From NCBI GenBank assembly GCA_038749105.1, contig JBCDIM010000013.1:1825-65824 (forward strand): a stretch of 64,000 nucleotides of DNA, given 5' to 3'. Shown here in pieces: positions 23,951 to 33,074 of this stretch. Origin of the DNA: Planctomycetota bacterium (GTDB lineage Bacteria; Planctomycetota; Phycisphaerae; Phycisphaerales; Phycisphaeraceae). How positions within the stretch are numbered: the stretch's first letter is position 1; every line of letters begins with the position of its first letter. A model generated the notes under the pieces. The model had not been told where the DNA came from. It made no database searches and worked only from the letters and a program-made list of their open reading frames with translations. The position numbers were made by a program, and so were the translations under genes.

Positions 23951-25348
23951 CTACAAAACAAACCGGCTCAGATCCTGGTCCGCCACCACCCCCGCGACCT
24001 GCTCCCGTACAAACGCCTCGGTGACGACCAGCTTTTTCTCGCCCCCCGCCACCCGTTCAGGCGCATCGAAGTTCACTGTCTCAAACACCCGCTCCACGAT
24101 CGTCATCAAACGACGCGCCCCGATGTCCTCCAGCCGGGCGTTCGCCTCCGCCGCCAGCTCCGCCATCGCCTCCACCGCACCGTCATCGAACCGCACCGTC
24201 AGCCCTTCAACGCCCAGCAGCGCCTCCTGCTGACCCGTCAACGCGTTGCTCGGCTCGGTCAAGATCCGCACAAACTCGTCCTTGCCCAGCGGACTCAACT
24301 CCACCCGGATCGGGAAACGGCCCTGCAGCTCCGGCATCAGGTCACTCACCGCCGCATCGTGGAACGCGCCCGCCGCCACGAACAGGATGTGGTCCGTGTG
24401 CACCACGCCGTACCGCGTGGTCACCTGCGAGCCCTCGACAATCGGCAGCAGGTCCCGCTGCACGCCCTGCCGTGACACATCGGGAGACCCTTTACCACCG
24501 GAGCTACTTCCGGGGGTCGCAACCTTATCGATCTCGTCCAGGAACACGATCCCCGACTGCTCCGCCCGCTCGATTGCCTCGCCCTGCACCTTGTCCTGGT
24601 CCAGCAGCTTGTCGGTCTCCTGCTCGATCAGCTGTTCCCGTGCCGCGGCGACCTTCATCTTCTTCGTCTCGGTCTTCTCCGGGATCAGCTTCTCGAACAT
24701 CTCCGTCATGCTCGGGTCCATCTGGTCCAGCCCCATCCCCGAGAACATCACCTTCGTCGGCGGGCGACGGGTTAGCGTCAGCTCCACCTCCTTGTCATCG
24801 AGCGCCCCCGACGCGACCCGCTCGAGAAAACGCTGGCGCACCCGCTGCTTGCGTTCGATGCTCTCGGCCGTAGAGACAAACCCGCCGTTCGACGCACCCT
24901 CGCCGCCCGGCCCCTCGTCCCCCGCGTCTTCCGTCCCTGGCAGCATCAGATCGACCAGCCGCTCGTTCGCCGCCTCCGCCGCCCGCTCCCGCACCGCCTG
25001 GCCCTGCTCCTCCCGCACCATCGCCAGCGACTGATCGACCAGGTCGCGGATCATCGACTCGACATCCCGGCCGTGGTACCCCACCTCCGTGAACTTCGAC
25101 GCCTCGACCTTGATAAACGGTGCCCCGGTCATCCGCGCCAGCCGCCGCGCGATCTCCGTCTTCCCGACGCCCGTCGGCCCCGCCATGATAATGTTCTTCG
25201 GCGTCACCTCCCGCGCCACCTCCGGCGACAACCGCTGACGCCGCCAGCGGTTCCGGATCGCCACCGCCACCGCACGCTTCGCCTCCGCCTGGCCGATCAC
25301 ATACCCGTCCAGGTGCTCCACGATCTGCTTCGGCGTCAGGTCTTCCAT
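23951..25348 (-). CDS. hslU: ATP-dependent protease ATPase subunit HslU
   Basis: LTPKQIVEHLDGYVIGQAEAKRAVAVAIRNRWRRQ, Walker A GPTGVGKTEIARRLA, IVFLDEIDKV. The HslU I-domain insertion is present. No hslV is adjacent. Confidence 0.92.
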   Translation of the reverse strand: MEDLTPKQIVEHLDGYVIGQAEAKRAVAVAIRNRWRRQRLSPEVAREVTPKNIIMAGPTGVGKTEIARRLARMTGAPFIKVEASKFTEVGYHGRDVESMIRDLVDQSLAMVREEQGQAVRERAAEAANERLVDLMLPGTEDAGDEGPGGEGASNGGFVSTAESIERKQRVRQRFLERVASGALDDKEVELTLTRRPPTKVMFSGMGLDQMDPSMTEMFEKLIPEKTETKKMKVAAAREQLIEQETDKLLDQDKVQGEAIERAEQSGIVFLDEIDKVATPGSSSGGKGSPDVSRQGVQRDLLPIVEGSQVTTRYGVVHTDHILFVAAGAFHDAAVSDLMPELQGRFPIRVELSPLGKDEFVRILTEPSNALTGQQEALLGVEGLTVRFDDGAVEAMAELAAEANARLEDIGARRLMTIVERVFETVNFDAPERVAGGEKKLVVTEAFVREQVAGVVADQDLSRFVL

Positions 25349-25617
25349 CGCCGCACTCTAGCGAATCCACCCTCGCCCCAACGCCCGGCCGTACCGGTCG
25401 TGACGGTCGCACCGCCCACGCCGACGCTGCCGCCCAGGCAGTTCCGATAAACCCCGCCGGCCCCCCAACCCGCGGTTAAGCCCGCCTCACCCTCAGTCGA
25501 TCCTCATACCAAGCCTTGGCACTGCTGCGCCCACGGTCTCCCCCCACCCGCAGCCCCACCCGCAGCAGCCCCCTGGCGCAGTACCCCGGCCCCCACTCGG
25601 CCCCCCGGACCACCCCC

Positions 25618-26808
25618 ATGGCCTTCGGCATCACCAAAACCCGCCTCTCGCCCATCGCCGTCGATTTCGGGGCCGACCAGCTCAAGCTCCTCCAGTTCGA
25701 ACGCGGCAGCGAGGACAAGCTCGTCGCCGCCGCCTGCCACGTCCTGCCCGAAGCCGCCCGCCAACACCCCGCCGACCGACGCGCCGCCCTCGCCGACGCC
25801 CTGCCCAACCTCCTCCGCAACCACCCGTTCCGCGGCAAGCGCGCCTTCATCTCTATCCCCGCCTTCCAGACCCTCGTCCTCCACCTCGAGCTGCCCGGCT
25901 CCGACAACGCCGACCTCGAGTCCCAAGCCAACCTCCACCTTCAGACCGAGCTCGGGCTCAACCCCGGCTCCATGGTCGTCCGGCACCACCACGTCGGCTC
26001 GGTCCTCCGCAACGGCAAGACCCACCAGGCCGTCGTCACCATCGCCGCCGACCGCGGCACGGTCATGGCCTACCTCGAGCTCGCCCAGGCCTGCCGACTC
26101 GAGGTCGCCGGCATGCACGCCGAGCCCCACTGCGTCGTCCGCGCCTTCAGCACCGTCTACACCCGACGTGCCGACGACGCCAGCCGCGTCGCCGCCTACA
26201 TCGACATCGGCTCCGCCACCACCAAGATCGCCATCGCCCAGGGCGACACCCTCCGCTTCGCCCGGTCCATCCACGCCGGCGGCGAACAGCTCACCCGGCA
26301 GTTCTGCAAAGAGCACCGCATCGACTTCATGGAAGGCCGACTCGCCCGTGTCGCCCAGGCCGCCGGGTCTGCCGTCTCCATCTCCGCCGCCACGTCCCAC
26401 CTCATCCCCACCGGCAGCCCCCTCGCCGCACTCGCCGCCGCCGCTCCACCCGCCTCGCCGACCGTCACCGCAGACGACCGGCGCACCGACTACCTCGACC
26501 AGCCCGAGCCCGACCACGAGTGCTACCACACCCTCGCCGACGAGCTCGGCCTCGCCCTCCGCTACCACGACGAGGCCTTCCCCGACCACCCCGTCGACGC
26601 CCTGGTCTTCTGCGGCGGCGAAGCCAACCACACCGGCCTCTGCCGCTCGCTCGCCCAACGCTTCGGGCTCCGCGCCCAACTCGGCGACCCGTTCGTCCGG
26701 CTCCAGCGCGGCCCCGACGTCAAGCCCTGCCCCGGCATCGACCCCTTCGCCCCCCAGCCCGGCTGGGCCGTGCCCTTCGGCCTCTGCGTCAGCGAAGCCA
26801 ACCTCTAA
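25618..26808 (+). CDS. pilM: Type IV pilus assembly protein PilM (actin-like ATPase fold)
   Basis: Start set at MAFGITKTRLSPIAVDFGADQLKLLQF. AAYIDIGSATTKIAIAQGDTLRFARSIHAGGEQLT and VFCGGEA are typical PilM blocks. Followed by pilN/pilO-like genes. Confidence 0.75.
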   Translation: MAFGITKTRLSPIAVDFGADQLKLLQFERGSEDKLVAAACHVLPEAARQHPADRRAALADALPNLLRNHPFRGKRAFISIPAFQTLVLHLELPGSDNADLESQANLHLQTELGLNPGSMVVRHHHVGSVLRNGKTHQAVVTIAADRGTVMAYLELAQACRLEVAGMHAEPHCVVRAFSTVYTRRADDASRVAAYIDIGSATTKIAIAQGDTLRFARSIHAGGEQLTRQFCKEHRIDFMEGRLARVAQAAGSAVSISAATSHLIPTGSPLAALAAAAPPASPTVTADDRRTDYLDQPEPDHECYHTLADELGLALRYHDEAFPDHPVDALVFCGGEANHTGLCRSLAQRFGLRAQLGDPFVRLQRGPDVKPCPGIDPFAPQPGWAVPFGLCVSEANL

Positions 26809-26874
26809 GCAGCCCACAAGAACGTTTTCCCCCGACCGACACCCGATACCCGACACCCCAAACCCCACTCCGCC

Positions 26875-27642
26875 ATGAACCAGCCCAACCAGAGCTTCCT
26901 CCCCGAAGACTACGTCGAGCAGCGCGTCGCCCGACGCACCATCCTCATCTGCGTCAGCCTCTTCACCATCGTGCTCGTCGCCGTCGTCGTCACCTGGTTC
27001 GTCACCGGCAGCCAGTCCCAGCAGGTCCGCGACCAGCTCACCGCCATCAACCAAGAGCTCGAGACCAAGGCCCTGCAGATCAAACAGATCGAGCAGCTAC
27101 AGTCGCAGAAGCAGTCCATGATGACCAAGGCTCGGGTCACCGCCCAGCTCGTCGAGGCGGTCCCCCGGCCGATCCTGCTCTCCGAGCTCATCAACGCGAT
27201 GCCCCCCAGCCTCACGTTCCAATCGATCGACCTCGAGACCAAGCTCGTCAAGCCCGCCCCCGTCCGCACCTCCCTCGCCAAGGCCAAACGCGACGCCACC
27301 GCCAAAGCCACCGACGAAGTCACCGTCCCCGACAAGGACGCCACCGTCACCCTGATCGGCCTCGCCCCCGCCCACAAGGACATCGCCGACTACCAGAAGA
27401 CCCTCACCGACAACCCCCTGTTCTCCGCGGTCAACCTCGGCGGCATCGAGGCCATCAAGCTCGACGGCCGAGACATGCTCGAATTCCGCCTCCAGCTCGA
27501 CCTCAACCAGGACCTCGACCTGCAGCACCACGAGCCGCTCCGCCTCACCCGTCGCCCCGACCGCAACCCCCTGGGCGACCAATCCTTCGACGCCCAAGGC
27601 TCCGCCGTCATCCCGGTGACGACACCACCGGCAACCAACTAA
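26875..27642 (+). CDS. pilN: PilN-like fimbrial assembly protein
   Basis: Short cytoplasmic N-terminus (FLPEDYVEQR), single TM, coiled coil (QELETKALQIKQIEQLQSQKQ), then a ferredoxin-like C-domain. Sits between pilM and pilO. Confidence 0.65.
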   Translation: MNQPNQSFLPEDYVEQRVARRTILICVSLFTIVLVAVVVTWFVTGSQSQQVRDQLTAINQELETKALQIKQIEQLQSQKQSMMTKARVTAQLVEAVPRPILLSELINAMPPSLTFQSIDLETKLVKPAPVRTSLAKAKRDATAKATDEVTVPDKDATVTLIGLAPAHKDIADYQKTLTDNPLFSAVNLGGIEAIKLDGRDMLEFRLQLDLNQDLDLQHHEPLRLTRRPDRNPLGDQSFDAQGSAVIPVTTPPATN

Positions 27643-27652
27643 CGCCCCGATA

Positions 27653-27687
27653 CCTACGCCCTACGCCCTAAGCCCTACGCCCTCCAA
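27653..27687 (+). repeat. Heptamer tandem array (CCTACGC CCTACGC CCTAAGC CCTACGC CCTCCAA) in the pilN-pilO spacer
   Basis: Read directly. It ends 13 nt before the pilO ATG and has the same architecture as 46567-46601. Confidence 0.85.
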
Positions 27688-27700
27688 ACCCAGGCCCACC

Positions 27701-28252
27701 ATGCGATTCGGAATCCGCGAAGCCGTCTTCATCCTCGTCCTCATCGGCGTGCTCGCCACCACCTGGCTGTTCATCTTCCAGCCCCGCAACGAGCAGACCG
27801 AGGAGGCCCGCGCCGACATCCTCCGCAAGCAGCAGAAGCTCCAAGACCTCGAGGCCGCCACCGCCGCCTACATGGACCTCGACGCCGAGATCAAGAAGCT
27901 CGCCACCGCCATCGCCGACTTCGAGCAGAAGCTCCCCGCCGACCACCGCGAAGCGAGCGTCGTCGGCGACGTCACCGACATCGCCCGGCGGCACCGCCTC
28001 GACGTCCGCCTCGTGAAGCCCGACAAGCTCATCCGTAACCCCCGCTACTCCGAGAAGCCCATCCGCATGACCATCGTCGGCGACTTCGACCGCTTTTACA
28101 GCTTCCTCCTCGACCTCGACAAGATGCCCCGCATCACCCAGACCCCGCAGATGGTCCTCGAACGCCTCGACGGCGAGCAGGACGGCATGATGGAAGCCAA
28201 GCTCACCCTCAGCATCTTCTTCGAGGGCGAAGCCGCCAGCGCTACCAACTAA
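27701..28252 (+). CDS. pilO: PilO-like pilus assembly protein
   Basis: N-terminal TM, coiled coil, then IRMTIVGDFDRFYSFLLDLDKMPRI, which resembles the conserved PilO C-terminal block. Confidence 0.65.
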   Translation: MRFGIREAVFILVLIGVLATTWLFIFQPRNEQTEEARADILRKQQKLQDLEAATAAYMDLDAEIKKLATAIADFEQKLPADHREASVVGDVTDIARRHRLDVRLVKPDKLIRNPRYSEKPIRMTIVGDFDRFYSFLLDLDKMPRITQTPQMVLERLDGEQDGMMEAKLTLSIFFEGEAASATN

Positions 28253-28258
28253 TCCCCA

Positions 28259-28286
28259 ATTTAGCCCCGGGTCAACGACCCGGGGC
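28259..28286. repeat. TTTAGCC-hairpin element (short subfamily), copy 1
   Basis: ATTTAGCCCCGGGTCAACGACCCGGGGC. Perfect 10-bp stem 28264-28273/28277-28286 with a 3-nt loop. Same core GGTCAA(C/T)GACC as 57892-57920. Confidence 0.8.
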
Positions 28287-28341
28287 CCGCAGCGAGTCCG
28301 CTGTTCAACGACCACGAAACACTCCAACCCCGAGACTTCAA

Positions 28342-29157
28342 GTGAACCCCTCCTTCTTCACCAACCCCGAGCCGCCCAAAGACCCCCACGCCGACGAGCC
28401 CACGCCCGAGAGCGAAGCCCTGCCCGGCCTCGCCCCCGAGGCCCTGACCGACGAGGCCACGCCCGACGACGACCCCCAGTCCATGCCCCTGATGGCCGGC
28501 CTCGGCGCGATGGGCGGCAACAACGAGAACGCCGACCCCCTCGCCCTCGACGCCACCCCCAAGCCCAAGAAGCTCTCCCCCACCGTCCTCGCGCTCGTCA
28601 CCGTCCTGGGCATCTCCGCCGCGGCCCTCTTCGCCATGAAGATGACCTCCGGCCCCCAGTCCGTCGACGCCTCCACCGCCGACGCCATCGCCCAGATCGA
28701 CTCCGCCCTCCAACGCTTCAGCAACCCCGACAAGGTCGCCGCCAACGACCCGCTCCACCCCGACAACCTCGAGGCGATCTACAACACCAGCGACCTCATC
28801 GAGCAGTTCGACCTCGACCGCACCGAGAAGAACGTCCCCGTCAACGAGGTCCAGAAGAACCCGTTCCGCCTCGAAGCCCAGAAGGCCGCCGAACCTGTCG
28901 ACCCCGACGCCGCCCTCAAGGCCGCGGAGGCCGCCCGCATGAAGGCCGAAGCCGAGAAGCTCGCCGCCATCCGTAGCGAGCTCCAGACCCTGACCCTCCA
29001 ATCCGTCATGAACGGCCCTAACCCCATCGCCGTCATCAACGGTGACTTCCTCCGCGTCGGCGCCACCATCGGCTCGTTCAAGATCGCCCGCATCGACCGC
29101 CTCACCGTCACCCTCGAGGCCGACGGCACGTCCTACAAGCTCTCCGTCAAGCGCTAA
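28342..29157 (+). CDS. Hypothetical bitopic membrane protein in the PilP/GspC position
   Basis: GTG start. Acidic, disordered N-terminus, TM LSPTVLALVTVLGISAAALFAM, coiled coil, and a small C-terminal beta domain LQSVMNGPNPIAVINGDFLRVGATIGSFKIARIDRLTVTLE. Function is assigned by position and architecture only. Confidence 0.5.
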   Translation: MNPSFFTNPEPPKDPHADEPTPESEALPGLAPEALTDEATPDDDPQSMPLMAGLGAMGGNNENADPLALDATPKPKKLSPTVLALVTVLGISAAALFAMKMTSGPQSVDASTADAIAQIDSALQRFSNPDKVAANDPLHPDNLEAIYNTSDLIEQFDLDRTEKNVPVNEVQKNPFRLEAQKAAEPVDPDAALKAAEAARMKAEAEKLAAIRSELQTLTLQSVMNGPNPIAVINGDFLRVGATIGSFKIARIDRLTVTLEADGTSYKLSVKR

Positions 29158-29179
29158 TCCCACCCACCAGACCGACCCA

Positions 29180-30979
29180 GTGGACTTCGACCTCGACCAA
29201 CCCGCCGCCCCCGCAACCGCCGCCGCCCCCGCTGCGCCCGCGTCGCTCTTCGAGCCCACCAAGCCCCGGCCCCTCGGGCACGACGCCCTCGGCCAGGCCC
29301 TGGTCACCGCCAAGGCCATCACCGCCGCCCAGCTCGACGCCGCCCTGGCCGTCGCCCAACGCACGCCTGGCTCCCGGCTCATCGACCTCCTGCTCGCCGC
29401 CGGAGCCGACGCCGTCGCCGTCCAGACCGCCGCCGGCGCGTTCTTCGGCGTCCCCTTCCACGCCATCGCCGACGACCAGCTCCAGTCGCTCCACAAGCCC
29501 GTCCACCGGCTCGGCCTCGACTTCTGCGTCGACAAGCAAGTCCTGCCCCTCCGGCCCGACGGCTCCCGCTTCCTCGTCGGGATCGTCCATCCCCAGGACA
29601 TGATCACCCTCGACCACGTCCGCCACAAGCTCGGCCAGTCCATTAAGCCCGTCCTCATCACGCCCGCCGACGTCACCCGCGTCGTCGAGTCCCTTCGTGA
29701 CGACGACCCGCCGGACGAAGAGCTCGCGGTTGAAGACATCATCGCCGACATCGACGAAGACGACGTGGAAGTCGTCGAAGCGAAAGAAGAAGACCTCGAC
29801 CTCGAGAAGATGGCCGGCGAATCGCCCGTCATCCGCTACGTCAACTACCTGATCTACGACGCGGTCAAGCAGGGGGCTTCCGACATCCACATCGAGCCCC
29901 AGGAGAAGAAGCTCCAGGTCCGCTACCGCATCGACGGTGTCCTCTTCGACGCGATGAACCCGCCCGCCCACATGAAGGCGGCCATCGTCTCACGGCTCAA
30001 GATCATGGCGAACCTCGACATCTCCGAGCGACGCCTGCCCCAGGACGGCCGCATCCGGGCCATGGTCCACGGCCGAAAGCTCGACCTGCGTATGTCCACG
30101 CTCCCCATGGTCCAGGGCGAAAAGGTCGTGCTGCGTATCCTCGACACCCGCTCCATCCAGGTCGACCTCGACGACCTGGGCATGTCCGACGACATGCTCG
30201 CGATCTGGAAAAACCAGATCAAAAACCCACACGGCATTATCCTCGTCACCGGGCCCACCGGCTCGGGTAAGACGACGACGCTCTACTCGTCGCTCGGCCA
30301 GATGGACCGCGGCAAGCTCAACATCTCCACCGTCGAAGACCCCGTCGAATACCACCTCTCCGGCATCAACCAGACCCAGGTGCGCGACGACATCGGCATG
30401 TCTTTCGCCGCCGCCCTCCGCGCCCTGCTCCGGCAAGACCCCGACGTCGTCATGGTCGGCGAGATCCGCGACCAAGAGACCGCCAAGACCGCCATCCAGG
30501 CCTCGCTCACCGGCCACCTCGTCCTCTCTACCCTGCACACCAACGACGCGCCGTCCTCCGTCACCCGGCTGATCAACATCGGCGTCGAGCCGTACCTGAT
30601 CGGGTCGGCCGTCAACGCCTGCGTCGCCCAGCGTCTGGTGCGAAAGATCTGCCCGCACTGCGCCGAGCAGACCCCGCCCGACCCCAAGGTCGCCGACCAC
30701 CTCGCCATGCACGGCATCGCCCCGGACCAGGTCTACGCCGGCACCGGCTGCGACAAGTGCCGCAACACCGGCTACTCCGGCCGGATCGGGCTCTACGAGA
30801 TGCTGATCATGAACGACCAGCTCCGCGACCGCATCGCCGGCAACCCCAACGTCACCGAGTTCCGACGCATGTGCATCGAGGGCGGCATGACCACCCTCCG
30901 CGAAGACGGCTTCGCCAAGGTCGCCGCCGGCCAAACCACCGTCGAAGAAGTCCTCCGCGTCACCGAAGCCACGATCTGA
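29180..30979 (+). CDS. pilB: Type II/IV secretion ATPase (GspE/PilB family) with N-terminal T2SSE_N domain
   Basis: Start set at GTG 29180, just after the upstream stop. Walker A GPTGSGKTTT, Asp box, Walker B VVMVGEIRD, His box LVLSTLHTND, tetracysteine CPHC...CDKC. Confidence 0.9.
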   Translation: MDFDLDQPAAPATAAAPAAPASLFEPTKPRPLGHDALGQALVTAKAITAAQLDAALAVAQRTPGSRLIDLLLAAGADAVAVQTAAGAFFGVPFHAIADDQLQSLHKPVHRLGLDFCVDKQVLPLRPDGSRFLVGIVHPQDMITLDHVRHKLGQSIKPVLITPADVTRVVESLRDDDPPDEELAVEDIIADIDEDDVEVVEAKEEDLDLEKMAGESPVIRYVNYLIYDAVKQGASDIHIEPQEKKLQVRYRIDGVLFDAMNPPAHMKAAIVSRLKIMANLDISERRLPQDGRIRAMVHGRKLDLRMSTLPMVQGEKVVLRILDTRSIQVDLDDLGMSDDMLAIWKNQIKNPHGIILVTGPTGSGKTTTLYSSLGQMDRGKLNISTVEDPVEYHLSGINQTQVRDDIGMSFAAALRALLRQDPDVVMVGEIRDQETAKTAIQASLTGHLVLSTLHTNDAPSSVTRLINIGVEPYLIGSAVNACVAQRLVRKICPHCAEQTPPDPKVADHLAMHGIAPDQVYAGTGCDKCRNTGYSGRIGLYEMLIMNDQLRDRIAGNPNVTEFRRMCIEGGMTTLREDGFAKVAAGQTTVEEVLRVTEATI

Positions 30980-30990
30980 CCCCACCCGCC

Positions 30991-31042
30991 TTTAGCCCCC
31001 GGCTCTGCCGGGGGGCACTTGGCGTACCGGATGCCTCACGCC
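30991..31042. repeat. TTTAGCC-hairpin element (long, about 50-nt subfamily), copy 1, between convergent pilB and GT4
   Basis: TTTAGCCCCCGGCTCTGCCGGGGGGCACTTGGCGTACCGGATGCCTCACGCC aligns along its length with 45185-45237. The hairpin is GCCCCCGGC-TCTG-CCGGGGGGC. Confidence 0.8.
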
Positions 31043-32244
31043 GCCCGACGCCCGCCCCGCGTCTTCGGCTCTATCTGCGGCGTTGTCTCCACCCCAAGCA
31101 GCCGGTCATACACCGCCGCGACCTTCGCCATCCGCTGCGTAAAGCCATACTCCCGCACGACCCGCTCACGCGCCGCCGCGACCTGCGTCGCCACGTGCGA
31201 GCTCGGCCCGAGCAGACCCGATACCGCCCACGGCCAGTCCGCCTCGTGACGCCCCAGCAGCCGCCCACACCGGCCACCATCCAACGCCTCACTCACCGCA
31301 CCCACCGCCGTCGCCGCCACCGGCACTCCCACCGCCATCGCCTCCAGCAACGCGTTCGGCAGCCCCTCCGTCCGGCTGGGCAACAGCAACGCGTGCATCG
31401 CCTCTAGATACGTCTTCACGTCCCGCTGCCAGCCATGCCAGAACACCCGGCCGGTCATCCCCAACCGCTGCACCTGTTCCGTCAAACGCTTGCGCTCGGG
31501 CCCGTCACCAATCACGTGCAGCTCGACCCGCTCGTTCAGCTTCGCCAGTGTCGGCATCACTTCGATCGCCCGATCGACACCCTTCTCCACGCTCAGCCGG
31601 GCGATCACGCCGAGCACCACCGCGTCTTCCGACATCCCCAGCGCCGCCCGTGCCTCGGCCCGACTCCGCGTCCGCTGATAGACCGACGTGTCGATCGCGT
31701 TCGGCAGGGGGGTCACCCGCTCCTCGTCCATCCCCAGCCCACGGCAGTGCTCGACCAGCTCGAGGCTCACCGCGAACGCGTGGTCGTAACGCTTGATCGC
31801 GGGGTCGGCGATCTTGGCGTAGAGCCGGGTCTTCCAGGTGTCGCGTGTGAAGCCGTGCAGCGTTGTGATCAGCTTCATCGGGTGACGCCGCCGCAGCAGC
31901 AGCCCCAGCACCTCGCTCTTGTAGTCGTGGGCGTGCCAGACCTTCACCCCGTCCCGCCGACAGATCTCCAGCAGGGCGGGCAAGACCCGCCAGTCCAACG
32001 GCCCCCGATCCGCGATCGACTCGAACGGACAACCTTCTTCCAAGGCGGTGCGTTGAAGCACCGCCAGCCCTGGGTCTTCCGGGTCCGCCAGGTACGCCGC
32101 CGACAATGCGTAACGTGCCGGGTCCATCGCCTTCGGTGACCGCAAGATCGTCTTGTCCGGGCCACCCCCGGCACCGTTCACCACCCGCACATGCAACACC
32201 CGCACCCCGCGCCCGTTCTTCATCGTTTCAACAGTGTTCAACAT
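31036..32244 (-). CDS. Glycosyltransferase family 4 (GT-B)
   Basis: Start set at MLNTVETMKNGRGVRVLHV. C-terminal PSRTEGLPNALLEAMAVGVPVAAT (E-x7-E). Confidence 0.8.
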   Translation of the reverse strand: MLNTVETMKNGRGVRVLHVRVVNGAGGGPDKTILRSPKAMDPARYALSAAYLADPEDPGLAVLQRTALEEGCPFESIADRGPLDWRVLPALLEICRRDGVKVWHAHDYKSEVLGLLLRRRHPMKLITTLHGFTRDTWKTRLYAKIADPAIKRYDHAFAVSLELVEHCRGLGMDEERVTPLPNAIDTSVYQRTRSRAEARAALGMSEDAVVLGVIARLSVEKGVDRAIEVMPTLAKLNERVELHVIGDGPERKRLTEQVQRLGMTGRVFWHGWQRDVKTYLEAMHALLLPSRTEGLPNALLEAMAVGVPVAATAVGAVSEALDGGRCGRLLGRHEADWPWAVSGLLGPSSHVATQVAAARERVVREYGFTQRMAKVAAVYDRLLGVETTPQIEPKTRGGRRAA

Positions 32245-32261
32245 TTCCCGTTCCTTTCTTT

Positions 32262-33074
32262 TCATTCCGGCTTGCGCAGCACCACGATCAGGTTGCTCTG
32301 CAGCCCACGCAGCCCCGGCAGCGTCGTCGCCTTGATCATCAACATCTCGGGGACCACCCAACGCCCCAGCGTCCGCGTCTCCGGCGACGTCGGCACCCCG
32401 GCCAGCGCATCCATGACCAGGCCCGCCCGCTTCGCCACTCGACGCAACCGCCGCGTGCTATTCATCCGGTAGTAGGCGGGGTACACGTCCTCCGCCGCCC
32501 GCCCCTCCAACCAGCCCGCCATCCGACTCGCTAGCCGATCCGGCACCACACTCGCCGCCGCCGTCAGCGGGTACCACCGGTTGGGCGTGTGGATCAGCAC
32601 CCGACCACCCGGCCGCAGCACACGCGCCACCTCCGCCATCGCCCGCCGCGGACGACGCAGGTGCTCCGCCACCATGTTCATTGTCACAAGGTCCACACTC
32701 GCGTCCATCACGGGCAGCCGCGTGGCATCGCCCAACCGCAGATCGATCCCCGAAGTGTTTTCTTCTAAAGCCGATACATCCGGGTCCACCCCGATCACAT
32801 AGCCGGCTCGTTCCACCAACGCGTGCTGTCGCGCTTCGCCGCCCCGCAGCCAGCCCGGCGTCAGCCGACGCCCACAGCCCAGGTCCAGCCAGTCATCGCC
32901 CTCCCCGAGCACACCGTCCAGTACGTCGAAGTAGGCGTACTGCGAGTTCATTAAACCCGGCAACAGCCGACGTCGCATCGCCCAGTAGCAGCGGTCATCG
33001 ACGGGTGGCACAACGGGCGTCGCCACCAACGGGCTCGTAGCAGGGGACGCGGTCACAGCATGAACCCCGGGCAT
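32262..33074 (-). CDS. Class I SAM-dependent methyltransferase
   Basis: WLDLGCGRR (motif I), VDLVTMNMVAEHL, LRPGGRVLIHTPN. The ATG at 33074 overlaps the end of the upstream rSAM gene; ATG 32978 is an alternative start. Confidence 0.75.
   Translation of the reverse strand: MPGVHAVTASPATSPLVATPVVPPVDDRCYWAMRRRLLPGLMNSQYAYFDVLDGVLGEGDDWLDLGCGRRLTPGWLRGGEARQHALVERAGYVIGVDPDVSALEENTSGIDLRLGDATRLPVMDASVDLVTMNMVAEHLRRPRRAMAEVARVLRPGGRVLIHTPNRWYPLTAAASVVPDRLASRMAGWLEGRAAEDVYPAYYRMNSTRRLRRVAKRAGLVMDALAGVPTSPETRTLGRWVVPEMLMIKATTLPGLRGLQSNLIVVLRKPE

Noticed and set aside
25349-25617. Hidden hslV upstream of hslU
   Set aside because: The spacer is only 269 nt, has no open frame of adequate length, and lacks the N-terminal Thr protease signature.
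25504-27054. 516-aa ORF on the minus strand opposite pilM/pilN
   Set aside because: Gly/Ala/Asp/Val low-complexity translation. It lies antisense to genes with clear family motifs. Long antisense ORFs of this kind are expected from stop-codon depletion in high-GC DNA.
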